Source of the DNA: the human T2T-CHM13v2.0 reference genome, Homo sapiens
NCBI RefSeq assembly: GCF_009914755.1
Contig: NC_060944.1
DNA: 64,000 nt
Reading direction: 5' to 3' (one strand)
A program made the translations under genes and the position numbers. The notes below the pieces were generated by a model, which was given only the letters and a program-made list of their open reading frames with translations, was not told the origin of the DNA and ran no database searches. Below, piece after piece: positions 38,501-55,770 of the stretch (position 1 is its first letter; the number at the start of each line of letters is the position of its first letter).

Positions 38501-38906
38501 ACTCTCAGAACTCCTTCCCGCTCCCTTCCCTCCCTGTCTCTTGTTCTATGTCTTTTTTTATCAGCAAGGCAGACTTTTAGTGTCCCCCAATACCTAACCC
38601 TCATATTTCATGCCCATTCCCAAGCTAAGCATTTGCAAGTAGAATGGAGTCACCATTATTGGTTGATGAGCACCATGCTCGGAGGAGGAGAACAGATCCT
38701 GTGAGCAAAAGCGGGACCCTGTTAGAGAGGAGGAAGGGGACAGATGGATCTTCTACAGAAAGTGAACAATTTTTGTTTTCTTTTTCCATAGACCCTGATA
38801 TAGTGTTGAGTCATTGGTGGGTTGATTGATCTTATGACGTTTATTTCTTATCATCACTATTAGGTAACCAGATAAACCTAATGGTTAGATGGATGAGATG
38901 TGAAGT

Positions 38907-39360
38907 TGTGGCAGATGCTATCAGTGCCCTTCCCATGTTGCCTCAGCCTACCCCAGAGGTCACCTGTAGATACTTTTCATAAATGTATGTAAACAGATTC
39001 TTGCATCTGTCTCCCTCATGGTATCCTTTAACCATGGAAGTATGCTCAGCATAAACATAGAGAGAGCCGAGAATGTCTGGAAACCAATACACCAGGAGCA
39101 ATCTTTAATCAGCGAGAGATAAGAGTATAGTAGATAAACCCCAGCCTCTTCACCTCTTCATGGAGCAATAAAAGGTAATTCAGCATCCTCTCTCAGAGCA
39201 TCCCCAGGAGGATCAAGCCCTAGCTGATGGAGGTAATATGCTCATGAATGTTTGGGCCACCTTCGGGGCTCTGTCTCACTTCCTCACTCCCTTACTGGTG
39301 CTTCCTCGGATCACCCCCCTAATTTCACAGTCGCCTTCTGGGGGAAGTCAAATGAAGATG
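38907..39360 (+). mobile_element. LTR16-like ERVL solo LTR
   Basis: TGTGGCAGATGC start; GATAAACCCCAGCCTC, CCCCAGGAGGATCAAGCCC, TGTCTCACTTCC..CTCCCT..TGGTGCTTCCT.GGATCACC motifs. Confidence 0.7.
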
Positions 39361-39771
39361 GAGGCTAAATAATTAGAACTACTTGGTTGAGAGGCTAAAA
39401 TTATAAGTGTCAGTATAATATATAATTGGTTCCTTAAGTAACGTTTATTAGGCGACTATTGTGTACAAGGAACTGCACCCTGTGTTGGATATTTTGACAT
39501 AGATGAATGAGCTATGAGTTTATAATGTACTGGGGAAGGTAAGGTAAGTACATCCCACCCAGGAAGTCCTCTGTGCTGCCAGGCAGTGAAATCTCCACAA
39601 GTCCTATGTTTGCCCTTTTTTTTTCCATCTGTATCTGTAACACGTTTCTTAAAGTTGAAGGAAAGACCCTTTAGAAAAAGAGATTTGGGCCCCACAGTTA
39701 GGGTAGCCTTTGGAGGAACACTTATGGCAAGAGAAAGACCTTTTATTCCTTCCAGGAGGAGACATACAACC

Positions 39772-40134
39772 AGATATGGTTTGGCTATGTCTCCACCAAA
39801 ATCTCATCTTGAATTGTATTCCCATAATTCCCATGTGTTGTGGGAGGGACCTGGGGAGAGATAATTGAATCGTGGGGGCAGTTTCCCCCATACTGTTCTC
39901 GTGGTAGTGAATAAGTCTCATGAGATCTGATGGTTTTATCAGGGGTTTCTGCTTTTGCGTGTTCCTCATTTTCTCTTTGCCTGCTGCCATCCATGTAAGA
40001 CGGGACTTGCTCCTCCTTGCCTTCCACCAGGATTGTGAAGCTTCCCCAGCCATGTGGAACTGTAAGTCCAATTAAACCTCTTCATTTTGTAAATTGCCCA
40101 GTCTTTATTGGCAGCGTGAAAATGGACTAATACA
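39772..40134 (+). mobile_element. THE1A/B solo LTR
   Basis: (A)GATATGGTTTGGCT...GGACTAATACA; perfect 5-bp TSD CAACC at 39767-39771 and 40135-40139. Confidence 0.93.
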
Positions 40135-41884
40135 CAACCCATTCTTTAAATCTTTCCACATTGCTGTGAGATGGCCAGGATGTCAGTAACCAGGCTGTCA
40201 CTTCACTGCCCCTCTACAGCTAGCAATGGCTCAGACATCCACTGTCAACTCATGAATCCCAAACCCTAGTCATTGGGCAAGACAGGCTAACAGGGCAAGG
40301 AAGTGATTGTGGGTGGTGACTTCCTGCCTTGGGACAGCTTTGACCTGGGAGTCAGTGCAACACACCAGTCACCACCCTGGGCTTATTACACTCCCCAGTA
40401 CTCAGTCTGGCAGGTACAGTGTACAGTGTGTTCACAGAGATAAAAGATGATACTGTGACTTTGTCCAGAATCTCTGTTAATGACTTGGAAGCTTAAATAT
40501 TAGAGCCTGAGCTTTCTCTTGGGATTAATATAAGAGGAGGCATGTGCCAGACATGGCTCCTCCGTGAGCTATCTGATGCTATAAAAAGAAAAACTGCAAA
40601 GGGCATCCAGAAAAATGTCTGGACCCAAGAAAAAAATGAATAATGTAGTACTTACTGACCTGTGGCCTGGGATGTAAAGGGAAACCCTAATGGCGTAATC
40701 CCAGATCCATCAACTGTGGAGTCTCATATTTTATGACCAGTCTTTCTAGTTGTGGTGAGGGGGGAAATGTGGAGGAGGGCAGAGTCTTGCTTTCAGCTCT
40801 GCATCTCATTTGCTGCATAACCTGGGGCAAATCATGTTACCACCCTGAGCTGTAACTTTAAAATGAAGGAATTAGGTTGGGTCATTTTCAAGGAACATTT
40901 TCTTTTTGCATGATACAAATTCAGACTAAAACAAAAATTATTTATAGTCTACTTACTTTTCACTCAAGATGAAAATGCTTTATTGAATTCCATAAAAGAA
41001 AATAGTATTTTTACAATTTAGATGGTTTATTCTACTGAATAGAAAAATGCCAATGACAAAGTCAACACTGCTTTTTAGCCTCTGAAGCATTCACTAGCTG
41101 GGAATATTTGAGAAGTGGTACAGTAGTGGAAGCTTTCTAATGTTCTGCCTTAAAACTGGATCTCTGGGCTGTCTTATGAAGCCAAGCAAATCCTGTACAT
41201 CCTGACAGCCACAAATCACTCATGGGACCAAGGCCCCAACCTCAAATTCCATTTGAGGACTCACATTCCCTGGATCTGTGGTTCTAGCCTGCTGTGAATC
41301 CCATCTGGAAGAGGTTGAGGGAGTCAGCTGTGAGAGCTGAGCAGTCCCCAGAGAAAGAACTACACGTGGCTTCTGCAGGAATTACCTTCAGCCTGTGGTA
41401 ATCGAGAGTGGCAGCTCCAGCTATGAGGTTCAGAGGTGGCAAAGCCTTGGGATTAGGTGGCCCCAGGTGAATCACAGAGCATCTGGAGGACCGTTGATGA
41501 ATTCCTTCCCCACCTTTTTCCTCCAGAAATTTCAGGTTAAACTTACTCTACAGTTTCATAATGACTGTTTCATCCATGACTTCTGCAAGCCTAGGTTGGC
41601 AGGGCAGGGTGGGAGCTACAGTGCTTTGTAAGTTGGAAGTTCTGCTTGAGAATGTGTTCTGGACTTATTCTACATCCTGCAAAAAAGATGGCTTCAAGCT
41701 CCCCCCTCACATGCACACACACACACACGTACGTCTATGTTCATGTGTGTGTTTCCGTATTCTTTTTATTGTTAGTTTCACTTGAATAATGTCAGAGGCA
41801 GGCTTTGCACCCAAGCCCTTAAGGGTAGGTATATAAAAATTATTTTTTAGCAGACTGTGTTTTTAAAAGTTTCAGCAGACTTGG

Positions 41885-42274
41885 TTTTTAAAATTGTCGT
41901 AAATACAAAATTTGCCGTCTTAACCAATTTTAAGTGCACAGTTCAGCTGCATTGAGTACATTCACATTGTCTGTGCAACTGTCACCATCAGCTGTCTCCA
42001 GAATCCTTTTCATCTTGCAAAACTGAAACTCATCAAACAACATTAAGTAATCACTTTCCATTTCTCCCTCCTCCCTAGCCCCTGGCAACCACCATTCCAT
42101 TTTCTGTGTGTATGAATTTGACTACTCTAGGTACCTCATATAAGTGGAATCATACAGTATTAGTCTTTTTGTGACTGGCTTTCAGTTTTATCCGTATTGT
42201 AGCATGTCTCAGCAAGTCCTTTCTTTCTAAAGAAGAATATTCCATTTTATATACATCCCACATTTTCTTTATCC
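41885..42274 (-). mobile_element. L1MB 3' end fragment
   Basis: AAAATTTGCCGTCTTAACC..TTTTAAGTGCACAGTTCAG...CCCCTGGCAACCACCATT...ACCTCATATAAGTGGAATCATACAGTAT; flanked by CAGACT..TTTTT direct repeats. Confidence 0.85.
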
Positions 42275-43577
42275 CAGACTGTATTTTTCACAGTTGACTG
42301 AGCAGTCTCTTTTTTGTTGTTAATACATACCCTATGGCCATCCATTTTTTAAATAAGAATTGTATTTAATTCTGTGGAAGCAGCAGAAAAAGTGATTTTT
42401 TACTGTGTGAGCATTCTCAAGTCCCTTACTTTGACGGACTTAAGAATTATAACTTGTAAAACTTGAGAACTTAGGACTGGTTAACCCACTTGTTTTAGCC
42501 CATTGGAGTGGTTAAGATAGTAGTGTTATAGTCAGATTTGCTTAGAACTCACTTCCCCCCTCCAACATGAGCCCTGGGATCATTGAAATATTCTGAGATT
42601 TTGGAGGACTTGAGTCTCAGCACCTACCTGTGGGGACTGCAAGATTGATATGTGTGATACATCCTTCTTGGTTGACTTGAATTGGTTGAGATACCTGGTT
42701 TACTGAGCTGCTTTCAATGGAAAATATATACATACAGATATATTTTAAAGAGATATTTAGCATAACCCTAAACATGTTGGCCGGTCTTGTTATAGTCACA
42801 AGTATCTTCTGGTCTCCATTTAGTGCTTCCCTAACATTTCACCTGCCACCATGTGCCTCTACCCCCCTTGCAATCTAAGCCTCCATCAGATAAAACCGTC
42901 CAGTATATGTGGATGGCCCGTGGTCTCTTGACCTCCCTTGTTAGTAACTGGCTCACTACTATTCTTCACATCTTCTGGTTGTGGAAGGAACAGGAACTTG
43001 GACATGTGCCTGACACATTTTGCTTTCAAGTTCTGTATGCCTTTGAGACATCACGTAAATGTTTATTGATTTTCATTGCATAGACTGTATTGACATACTG
43101 CAATATTCAATAGAACCTTCATACTATGGAACCTTAGGGAGTGGTTGTTCCTCCATCCAAATACAGTGTGTGAGCTTTGCTAAATATTTCATAAATGGTC
43201 AATAAATACTTCTTTTAATATAATCAGTGTGATGTCTCTCTGGAAGCTGAATATAGGTTTGTGATCTCCAGGTGGCCTGAGAGAGACTCAGGGAAACCCT
43301 TGGGGAATCTTCCTTCTGCTGGTATCACTCAATCACCTCCCACCCCCATTTGGACCAAGGCTGAGATGGCAAATGGCAGACGAGCCTGGGGTTCTGCCCT
43401 TCCTTGCCTCTGCTACCTCTCAAATATCAATTGTGCCGCTATAAATCTCCTGGAGGTCTTGTCACTTTGCAGATTATGACACAGTAGGTCTGGAGCTAAA
43501 CCCAAGGCCCTGCATTTCTAACAAGCTCCTAGGGGATGCTGATACTGCTGGCCCGTGGAAAGCAAGATAGAAAAGAA

Positions 43578-43778
43578 GTGGGCCAGGGTGAGGGTGAGGC
43601 GAGGGATGCATCCAGGCCACAAAATTTAGGGAGGCACCTGCTCTCAGAGTCATCCAGCTGCTCTTAGGGAGGTTTGCCCTCTTGGTTGGTGCAGGTGTGG
43701 ACAGGCACCTAAGCGTGGGCGACTTCTTAAATTTTGCGCACCAGGTACTTCAGGCACCTCTCACTAGTCCTGGCTCTG
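43578..43778. mobile_element. MER91A-like MITE
   Basis: AGGGTGAGGCGAG..AAAATTTAGGGAGGCAC ... CTTAAATTTTGCGC..CTAGTCCTGGCTCTG imperfect long inverted repeat. Confidence 0.7.
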
Positions 43779-44832
43779 AAAGAAAGATATGGGTCCAGGG
43801 ATTTGAAGTCTGTTGTGCTGTTTGCCCTGAGTTACCCTATAGGCCAGTGCAGTAGATACCTCTGCCTGTTTGACCAACTATGCCCCGTCTTTCCTGCTCC
43901 CTGAGCCATCTGTAGACAGAGACCCGGGCTCATGTAAACGACCCCCACAGCCTAACCAGATGTGGGCAGGATTCTCTCACAGCTGAGTCCCTGTAGCTGC
44001 CCAGATAGTGCAATGTTTTAAAAAGAAGACTTTTAGCATGATTTCTTCTGCGTGCTTTGTGGTGCAATGTGCATGATGTCCTGTGGCAGCAAGCAGAGAG
44101 GATGCAGAGTGAATTAGCAGTGGGGCCATGACTCAAACCCAGGCAGTCCCCTGACTCACTGTGTCTTAACCACTCTACTCAACTGTTTTATTTGGACGTG
44201 TTTCCCTCCGGGGTGTTTATGGTGGATAATCATGTTCTCTTCAGCATGTTAGCCGTATGGAAGGAGAGACTGCAAAGCCTCATACTGCAGGCCCTCCCTT
44301 GTTCTTTTACCTACTTTCCCTCTCCTCTTTGTAAGTCTATTGGCATTTAGTAAAATTAAGTTACAGGAAAAAAAGAAAATAGAAAAGAGCTGTTAGCCAA
44401 CAGTTGACCAGGCCTCCTCCAGTTGTGGACTTTCTGGGAGGGTCCCCATGAGTGAGGGGAAGGGTTTTAATTTTCCTGGTAGAGTCATGTCCTAGAGAAG
44501 ACCAGGCTTTGGTTGTTTTAAAGCTAAGCAGTTTTATTAGCCAGCGGAGGGATTGGGGGCATCTTCCCATAGCACATTGAGGTCTCCAGTTTCTGGAAGA
44601 GATCAAGGTGAGGCTGACGGACTTCCATATCTGGAGAAAGCCCCTGATCATCTGCCTTTTCAGAGGCTGCTTCTCAGCTCACCCTGTGTTTGTTGGCTTT
44701 AAAAAAGCCAAACAAGCCTTCAGGGAGGAGCTTAAGATGCCAAGCCTGAGTTCACTCCATGTTCTCTAGATGGTCTTGGATAAGTCCCTGTCCTCCACCT
44801 TAAGTTTGGATTTTGTCCCAAGAAAGATTTGA

Positions 44833-45408
<576 letters not shown>

Positions 45409-45532
45409 TAAGGGAAAGTATAAGCATTTTCCCCATTTATGAGAGGTTAAGTAAAGTCTCTCAGGTTAAACAAATATTCAGTGGTTGGTCAAGGATTTGA
45501 ATTCAGGCGTTCTGACTCCAGGGTCTTAAATC

Positions 45533-45654
45533 ATTTTTTTCTTTCCAACTTTTATTTTAGGTTCAGGGAGTCCGTGTACAGGTATCTTATCCACCTCCCA
45601 TCCTGTACATGGGTAAGTGCATGTTGCAGAGGTTTGGTGTACACATTATCTCGT
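45533..45654 (-). mobile_element. Very short 5'-truncated L1PA (old primate) 3' end
   Basis: TTTCCAACTTTTATTTTAGGTTCAGGG...TACATGGGTAA..GGTTTGGTGTAC; TSD GTCTTAAATC at 45523-45532 and 45655-45664. Confidence 0.8.
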
Positions 45655-45677
45655 GTCTTAAATCTTAACCATTAAAG

Positions 45678-46024
<347 letters not shown>

Positions 46025-47862
46025 CCTGGACACAACCCAAACTTGGGAGAAAGCCCCAAAACTCAGTGAGCAACTTAACCGACATGGTGAGACCTGAGTC
46101 CCCGCTGGGATGAGCCTGGGAGAGGCGTCCCTTTGCCTCTGGTCACGTGCTTGTGCGCTCCTGGCTTGATGATCATCTGAGAGTCCATGTGGAGTGGAGC
46201 TTTTGGGCTTCTGTCCAGCCAGAGAGAGGCCCAGGACACAGCCGAGGCTTCTCATTGCCATCACCATGAAGTCAATGAGACCAGAGCTGGGAGGTGGTGA
46301 GTGCAGATGGAAATGCATTAGCCTGGAGGGGGCACCATAGACCCCAGCCCTGCCTTCCACATCCCTAGCAATGCTTTTCCACTTAGAAAAGGTGGGGCTG
46401 GACTATCTATCCCTGGCAGTTTGGAATTTGAATTCAAATGTATCAAATTTTCACAGGTCATAGTTTGAGATTCTGTTTCTAAGTGCCTGTCCCACCCTGC
46501 CTTAAGAAAATGTGTCTTATCCACCTCCTATCTCTTCACTGCCCGGGGTCTGGTCCTGCCCACTCTTTCCAGTTTCCCAAGGACTTCTATGTAAGTTTCT
46601 TTGTTCAGTTAGCAACATATTATTAACCTCTTTTCCTGTAAATAAAGAGAAATATTCCATAGCTTTCAATAACGGTGTGACATTTACCTGTGTGGACCCT
46701 TTGTCTTTATTTACTTAGACTTCTCTTATGAGGCACTCACGTGACTCCTGTTTTCTCTCTATCGTAAACACACTGCATCCTTGTACATTCATCTTGCCTT
46801 ATAACAAATTCCTGGGAGCGTATTCACTGGGTCCAGTAATGACAGTATTTCCCTAGTGAGGTACTCAAGGGCGCAGGTGCCCACCAGTCTCTCGATCCGT
46901 TAACATTTCAGTCTTGGTGAAATAATGTCACAGGCTCCCAGAATCCCTCCACTGAAACACTTATTCCTCACCACTGTGTTTTTCTATTCGCAAGTATCAA
47001 GGCACAGGTGAGCTTTTGATGTCTTTTCCATGACTTGTTTCAAGACAGGTCCCCGAGTGAATGCAGAGCATGAATTTGAGGTTGTCCTAGGATGTGGATA
47101 GAGTTGGGTCATGGGCCATCAGTCAGTTACAGTGGGAACTGTGGTGGGCTAGCCCGGACTCAAGGGCAGAAAGTCCTTAACAGCCCTGACTGAAGAGCCA
47201 GGATGTGCACACAGGAGCCCTCTTCTGGGCCACATGTGCGGATTGAGAAATTCAGGGGAAAACCTGACTTGCGGAGGTGGCCAGAAAATGGAATCAGGGC
47301 TGAGAAAGCAGGGACAGGATGTAAAGGGCTCCCCCTGGCTAGGCTGAGGCCTCTTGGGAAGGGTTCAGCGCAGGTTGCACTCTCCTTGTCACCTACAGGG
47401 CTTTCCCAAGATTGCTGGGGGGCAGCCCTGGTAGTGGGTGGGAGGTGGCCCTGGTGCTTTTTCTGCCTACTCTTAAAGCCCTGTTGAAAATAAAAGGCCT
47501 TTCATACAGAGCAGCCCAGCCCTGAACACTTGTGAAATACCAAGAATGAAATCGCAGTGCACTGCCACCTAGGCCATTGGAAGTTAGTAGTTTTTATTCA
47601 CCAGTGAAAAGATCAGTAGAACCTGGAGAAAGGTGTCATGAAAGGCTCTTCATCACAGCAGCTGTCAGGCCTTGCCCAGCCTTCTCGCCAACACTGGCTG
47701 CCAGAAATGGGCTTTCCTATGTCTTCTTAGAGCTGGACCAGTGTCTGGCTCAGCCACTCCTGCCACACAGCTCTGGCTCTTCGACTTCTGGGCTCTGGCT
47801 CATGACTTCCTTGCCTTCCTCTGTGACTGCCCCTCAGGACTCCTGAGGCTCTCAGTTCAAGA

Positions 47863-47944
47863 GCACATGCGTGCATATTAATGCATTCATACCACACACA
47901 TACGTGCGCACACGTGTGTACACACACACACATGCACACACACA
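47863..47944. repeat. Degenerate (CA)/(CG)/(TG) tract
   Basis: CACACATACGTGCGCACACGTGTGTACACACACACACATGCACACA. Confidence 0.8.
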
Positions 47945-48453
47945 AAGCCAGTAAGAGAGGTTGTGGATTTGAGCCCATTCACGTGCATGCTCACAAAGCC
48001 AGGACCGAAGAGAGAGCTAGAGTCAATTGGGTAAGGAATGATCACATAAAACTCTCTCTGCTTTAGATCACCAAACGGTGAACTCTTCGTATTCTCACTC
48101 ATTTGCTGTCAGTGATTTTTTTTCTTCCTGGGCCTGGTGTCTGGGGCCTGTTTGTTAGTACTTAATGTTGAAATTAGCAACAATCATAGCACAGTCTACA
48201 TACAGAGTACATTTGTCTCAGCAATTTAAAGCTCCCTTTTTAGCAAGCCTTTAAGTATATTGAGGTCAAGAGAAAAAAAGGAGTGAGTATGCCCATTTTA
48301 CAGGTTAAGAAACTGAGGTCTATAAATGCACCATGATTCCCCCTTACCCCAGAGTACGATCATGGGTATACTTTGGCATTTGATTTTCCTTTATGTCTCC
48401 AGCCCTAGTCAATATTGTCTAGCATCAGTTGGCAGGATACTGCAGGCTGACAG

Positions 48454-48658
48454 CAGCGCTGTCCAGTGGATCTTTCTGGAGTGATAAAAGCACTCTGTGC
48501 CTGTACCATCCAGTATGATAGCACTTGCCACATGTGTGGCTGTGGAGCACTCAAAATGTGGCTGGTGCAACTGAAGGCTTTATGTTTAAATTTTACTTAA
48601 ATTTAACTCATTTAAATTTAGATAGCCACATGTGGCCAGTGGCTACCACACTGGACAG
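48454..48658. mobile_element. MER3 (hAT MITE)
   Basis: CAGCGCTGTCCA ... TAGCCACATGTGGCCAGTGGCTACCACACTGGACAG termini and internal palindromic CCACATGTG(T)GGCT. Confidence 0.8.
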
Positions 48659-49319
48659 ACCACAGGCAGAGAGCATGAGAAGGAAAAAGTCCTTACCAGG
48701 GCAGATTTCACGGAGCGATAGCCAGCTCTCCTCGGCTCATTTACATTGGAGATGCCATCAGGGCAGCAAGTTGGGAGGGTGGAGAACTGGGAACTCCTGA
48801 GAGGCCCAGGGGTCTGAGGACATCATTGATAGCCAAGGAAGTGGACACAGTGCCCAGTCCTCTCAGAGAAACTTCCCATTTGGAAGAGTTACCCCAGCAG
48901 GGCTGGAGAATTTTTTTTTTTTTTTTTTTATCAAAACACAAAAACTCAAGAGACTTTTTACTAATGTTCTTTCACGTGGTTTGCTAGAATGCACATTTGT
49001 TTGCTACAATCCAGCCAATGAACAATGAAATTTATTTAAGATGCTTCCTGCAAAAACCAGAGTTGATGATGTGCCATTATATTAGTGATTCTATAGAACA
49101 GGATCCATGTGATCAACTCATGCATGAGTCTGGGGGCTTCCGGGAAAACAAGTTATGTTATCTCTGCAGACCAACTGTGGCCTCCTCTTAGCAGACAAAA
49201 TTGATGTGGCTCAGCAGGTTCCCCTTTGTCATAGATGTCAGAAAATGTACAGGCAAAGTAGCTGCCCAATTGCACTCAGCAGTTCCTCTCTGTGATGTAA
49301 TAGAATCTCACGCTACTTT

Positions 49320-49500
49320 CTCTGGGCTTGTGCTTCTACCACTGGAAGCACATTAGAATCACTGGAGAGCTTTCCAAATAACACAGTGAAACCCAGGCCT
49401 CATCCCAGGATAATTAAACCAGAATCTCTGCATGCAGCCTGAGAAATGACATCTTTTAAAGCCCTCTAGGAGCTTCTTCTGTGTATCCAGGGTGAGCCAG
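49320..49500. mobile_element. MER5A/B fragment
   Basis: GCACATTAGAATCAC.GGAGAGCTTT...AATTAAACCAGAATCTCTG...TTTTAAAGCCCTCTAGG. Confidence 0.65.
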
Positions 49501-50389
49501 TCCTCTTTAGGTAGTCATTCTCCTTGTCTCCCCAGCTGTCTTATTTTGTATTTGATTTCCTTGTGAACTGCCCAAGGTCCATTTAGAAGTACACTGGGAT
49601 AAACCTTAAATAAAATTCTATAGTGTGTTTGTTAGACAAAGTACAAATGTATTTTCACTATGTAGAGAAGTTTGGCTTTTCTTGAATGTAGGAGTCTAAA
49701 TAATAAATCTGAATAGAATTTCTGTGAAGTGTCAAATAATGTCATTATTTCAGGTTGATTCCTCCCATACCTATTCCCTGCAATAGTTCTTTTAGCCACA
49801 CCGTCTGATTGCCACAGGAAAGGATGCTGCAGACCTCTCCTGAGTGGTGATTAAGTGAAATGCACCAAAGAAATGAGGACAGTGAGCAACTAAGATGCCT
49901 GAAGCAACACTGGAAAGGGAGTCAGGTCTGAGCCACCTCTTTTTGCAGCCAGTGTGCAGTGGAAGTGGCTCGTGGGTGTTCCATATTTGGATTGGAGAGC
50001 AAAGCATAATCCCAGCGCTAAGGGAAGCCTCTTATGCTTCTGGAATAGTGCCCCATACTTCCCTGAAAAGGTAATAAAATATGTGCATTCGCTGATTAGG
50101 AACAAATGTCAAAGCGTCCACCATGATGGAAGTGTCCGATTTCCATGGCTCTGATAAGTCGCCACAGGATCTCATGAATCTTTAATGGCTGGCCTATATT
50201 TAGGGGCTTTCAGTTTCTGAGGGTGGTAAAAGGTCCACAGAGATGCTATTCTCCTAGCACACTGGCTTCTGCCAAGACCGGTGTCTATTTAAAGCACCTC
50301 TCGTCTTTCGAATGTACAGAGATTCTGCTGACAACAAGAAACTTTCTTGGGCCTGAAATTAGATGAAAAGACCTCCCACTCAGAAAGTG

Positions 50390-52860
<2,471 letters not shown>

Positions 52861-54289
52861 GATGGAAATTAAAATTATATGCATTGCTTGAGTTTTCTCA
52901 CCTTTTAGGCTTGGAGACAGTGTTTTAGTTAGTACTATAGAAGCTTCTTGGAGAACAACATGTTCCCAAGCCGCCCCTGGTCAACCTGCCATACTGGAGA
53001 AATTCCAGCCTGCCCACAGTGCTAAGCAGGGAGCACTCCACGTAGCTGCATCCACTGTTGGGTAGCCCAGAGTCAATGTTGCATGATGCCTTCATCTGAG
53101 GACATCCAGTAGACATCAGTGACCTGAGGACCAGTCCAGCTCTGCCAGTACATTCCTGTGTGACTTTGGACCTGTGACTCCACCTCAGCTCACTGATTTG
53201 CAAAATGAGAGTCAATGTACTTCTTGGCTTCCTAAATCCATTCTCGTGCTAGTCTTCCATGATGTTACATGTCTGGGTCGGGGAAGAGTGGCCTGAGGTC
53301 TCTATCCATTAAGCTTTGGGAAAAACTAGCAAGCACACCATCACTTTATGAATATTGGCAAAGGAAACGGCTGTGGTCACATGCCCATTCAAGCATGTCA
53401 TCTTGCCAACCTCGACTCTTCAAACCTAAAATTATTCCCATGCAAGGGTGACACCCATGTTCATACTAAGGTAGGGAGTCTGCCCACATAGACCTCCTCC
53501 CTGCAAACTTAGAGGTGCTCTAGGTTCAGCCAGGGACCCTTGCTTGAGAACCGCCGGCAAGCTCAGGTCGTTCCCACAGTTTTAGGACTGTGCACAAGTG
53601 TGTGAAGATGCCCTGCCACCTGTGTTCCTGATCAATTCCTTGGCCCATTCAGCTCTGCCTGTCTTGTCAGCCGGTTAGAGATTTACACTGGAGACCAAAG
53701 TCCTACCCCCAAATGTTCGTGCAAATATCCTTTCTTTTCCATCTGCTGTACAACCACTCAATGTGTCTGTTTCCCAAAAGTGAAGCAGCCTCAAATGTGG
53801 CTCAGAGATGACAATACCCAAATTAGAGATAGGAGGCTACACAGATCCCTGAGCAGGGCTGTTATCTCAGCAACTCCAGGTATAGGATTTTAGGGCCAAC
53901 TTTTTTTCTCTGAAAAGGGGGAGGGCTGAAACTGGGAGGCCAGGCTGCACTGCCCAAGAATCAACAGAGTGTTCTTCTCTCTCCCAAGTATGGTTTGCTC
54001 AGACCTTAAAATATGGATGACATCAGAGTCTGGGGAATGGTCACTCAGATGCACAGCATTAAGTCTGTACGCTGAACTTCTCCCCCTCCTTTGCACATAC
54101 ACTCGGGTACATGTGCACACATGTACATACACGCACACACACACATAGACATGACTACTATTGGCTGATGCGCTGACATTAACCATGCAAAATGCCAGAA
54201 ATTAGACGCAGAAGAAGACTTTGACCCACTCATTTCTGTGTTTCTGTGCATAACACAGGACTTGGCACCAAGTAGATCACACACGTATG

Positions 54290-54790
54290 CATGTTAGTTC
54301 ATTCCTTTATTCCCCACTCACATGTTAGTGATGTGAAACTCACGTAGACCCAGACATTTAGGGAGGTGCAGGCTAGCTGAGGTGCAAAACACACACAATA
54401 GCTGTAACACCAGTGTGGTAAGTAACATAAGGGAGATATCAGCAAAACACTGTGGGGGTTCGAAGCAGGATAGATTTCTCCTAAAAGAAGGCATCAGGAG
54501 GGCCTCAGAGGGAGACGGCACAAGGTTGAGCATCTAAGATTCAAGCCAGCAGACTGAGAAAGGACAAGTCCCCAGCAGAGGGTGTGTCAGGGGCTTGGAG
54601 AACATGTCTGGGGTTCTCAGGTTGCTATGTGGTATTTTGACGTTTTGGGGTAGAGATGTCTTGAGGGCTTGAAGAAGAAGCAGAGTAAGAGGGGAGCCCC
54701 CGTGCTGGAGCTGTGAGTGATGATCTAGTGGAAAGGCCCCTTCAGTGTTTGGCGTTGCTGTGCACCTCTCGTCCATGAGAGATCCCCAGA
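54290..54790 (-). mobile_element. L2 fragment
   Basis: GGCATCAGGAGGGCCTCAGAGGGAGA..GGTTGAGC pattern. Confidence 0.5.
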
Positions 54791-55597
54791 TTTGCCCAGT
54801 CTTCGCTCTAAACTGCTGTTTTGGTCAGTCCATGAATATGGTCCTGACAGATTCACAGAAACTGCCTCAGATTTCAGCCTTAACGAATATACTATCAAAA
54901 TCAATGTGGCTCCAATTTCTTCCTTAGGGTTCATTGCTAATGCATTTCTCTTTTTGCACTGGAAGCTGGAAAGCCAGATGCCGTCTCTGTGAATGTTTCT
55001 AGATGTTGAATGCATGTGTGTTCAAGGGAGTGGGGGCAGGGGTGTCCAGATAAAATGGCTGGGTGGGAGAAGTCCCTATTTCTGTGGTATAAATACCCCC
55101 ATAATGGCCAATGTCAAGACAAGGACATTTAACAACTAGCCCATAACATCCCTGCATGTTTCTACTTGGCCCTCAGAAGCTGGTTCAGGATGGCTTAGCC
55201 CATCACTCTGTCGGGGAAGAGTGGGAATGAAGAAAAGAAAGTGTGTAGTAGATAGAGGTGGCAAAGTTTCCTTCCCTCCATACCCTGATGTCCCCTGCAG
55301 CACTGTCTATAATTAGTTGCTTTTTTAATTAAAAAGAAAAAGTTTTAACTGAATGGAGGCAGCCAATTTGTCTCCCTATATCCAAATTTCAAACGGTTCC
55401 TTTAAAAAAGAGCAACATTTGAAAATCGAAAATATGAAAGTAATAGTCTGCAAATCTCTGCATGACAGAGAGATTATTGCTTTACAAAGGAATTTGCCAT
55501 GTAGTTCTTTAAATCCCAAGTTCTCCTGGGGTTTTAAAATTATTCAATTTTTGCAAATATTTAATGTACTGTTTCTTTTAAAATTCCTGTTGTGTAG

Positions 55598-55770
55598 AGC
55601 AGAAGTTCTTAATTTGGGGTCCACGGATCCCTGGAAGGATCCACTGGGGTGGGAGTTTAGGAACTTGGTGAACGCTGTGAAGTGGTGCACTTGTGCTTTC
55701 CCTATGGAAATGGTGGGTAGCTTTCAACATATTTTTAAATAGATCCTTCACTTGAAAGGTAATGACCTAT
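55598..55770. mobile_element. MER103-like hAT element
   Basis: GCAGAAGTTCTTAATTTGGGGTCCACGG...TAGCTTTCAACATATTTTTAAA. Confidence 0.55.

Noticed and set aside
39649-40071. 140-aa ORF (and 20428-20864 ORFs)
   Set aside because: Antisense translation of THE1 LTRs
48457-48465. REST right half-site GCGCTGTCC
   Set aside because: It is the MER3 terminal repeat and has no left half-site
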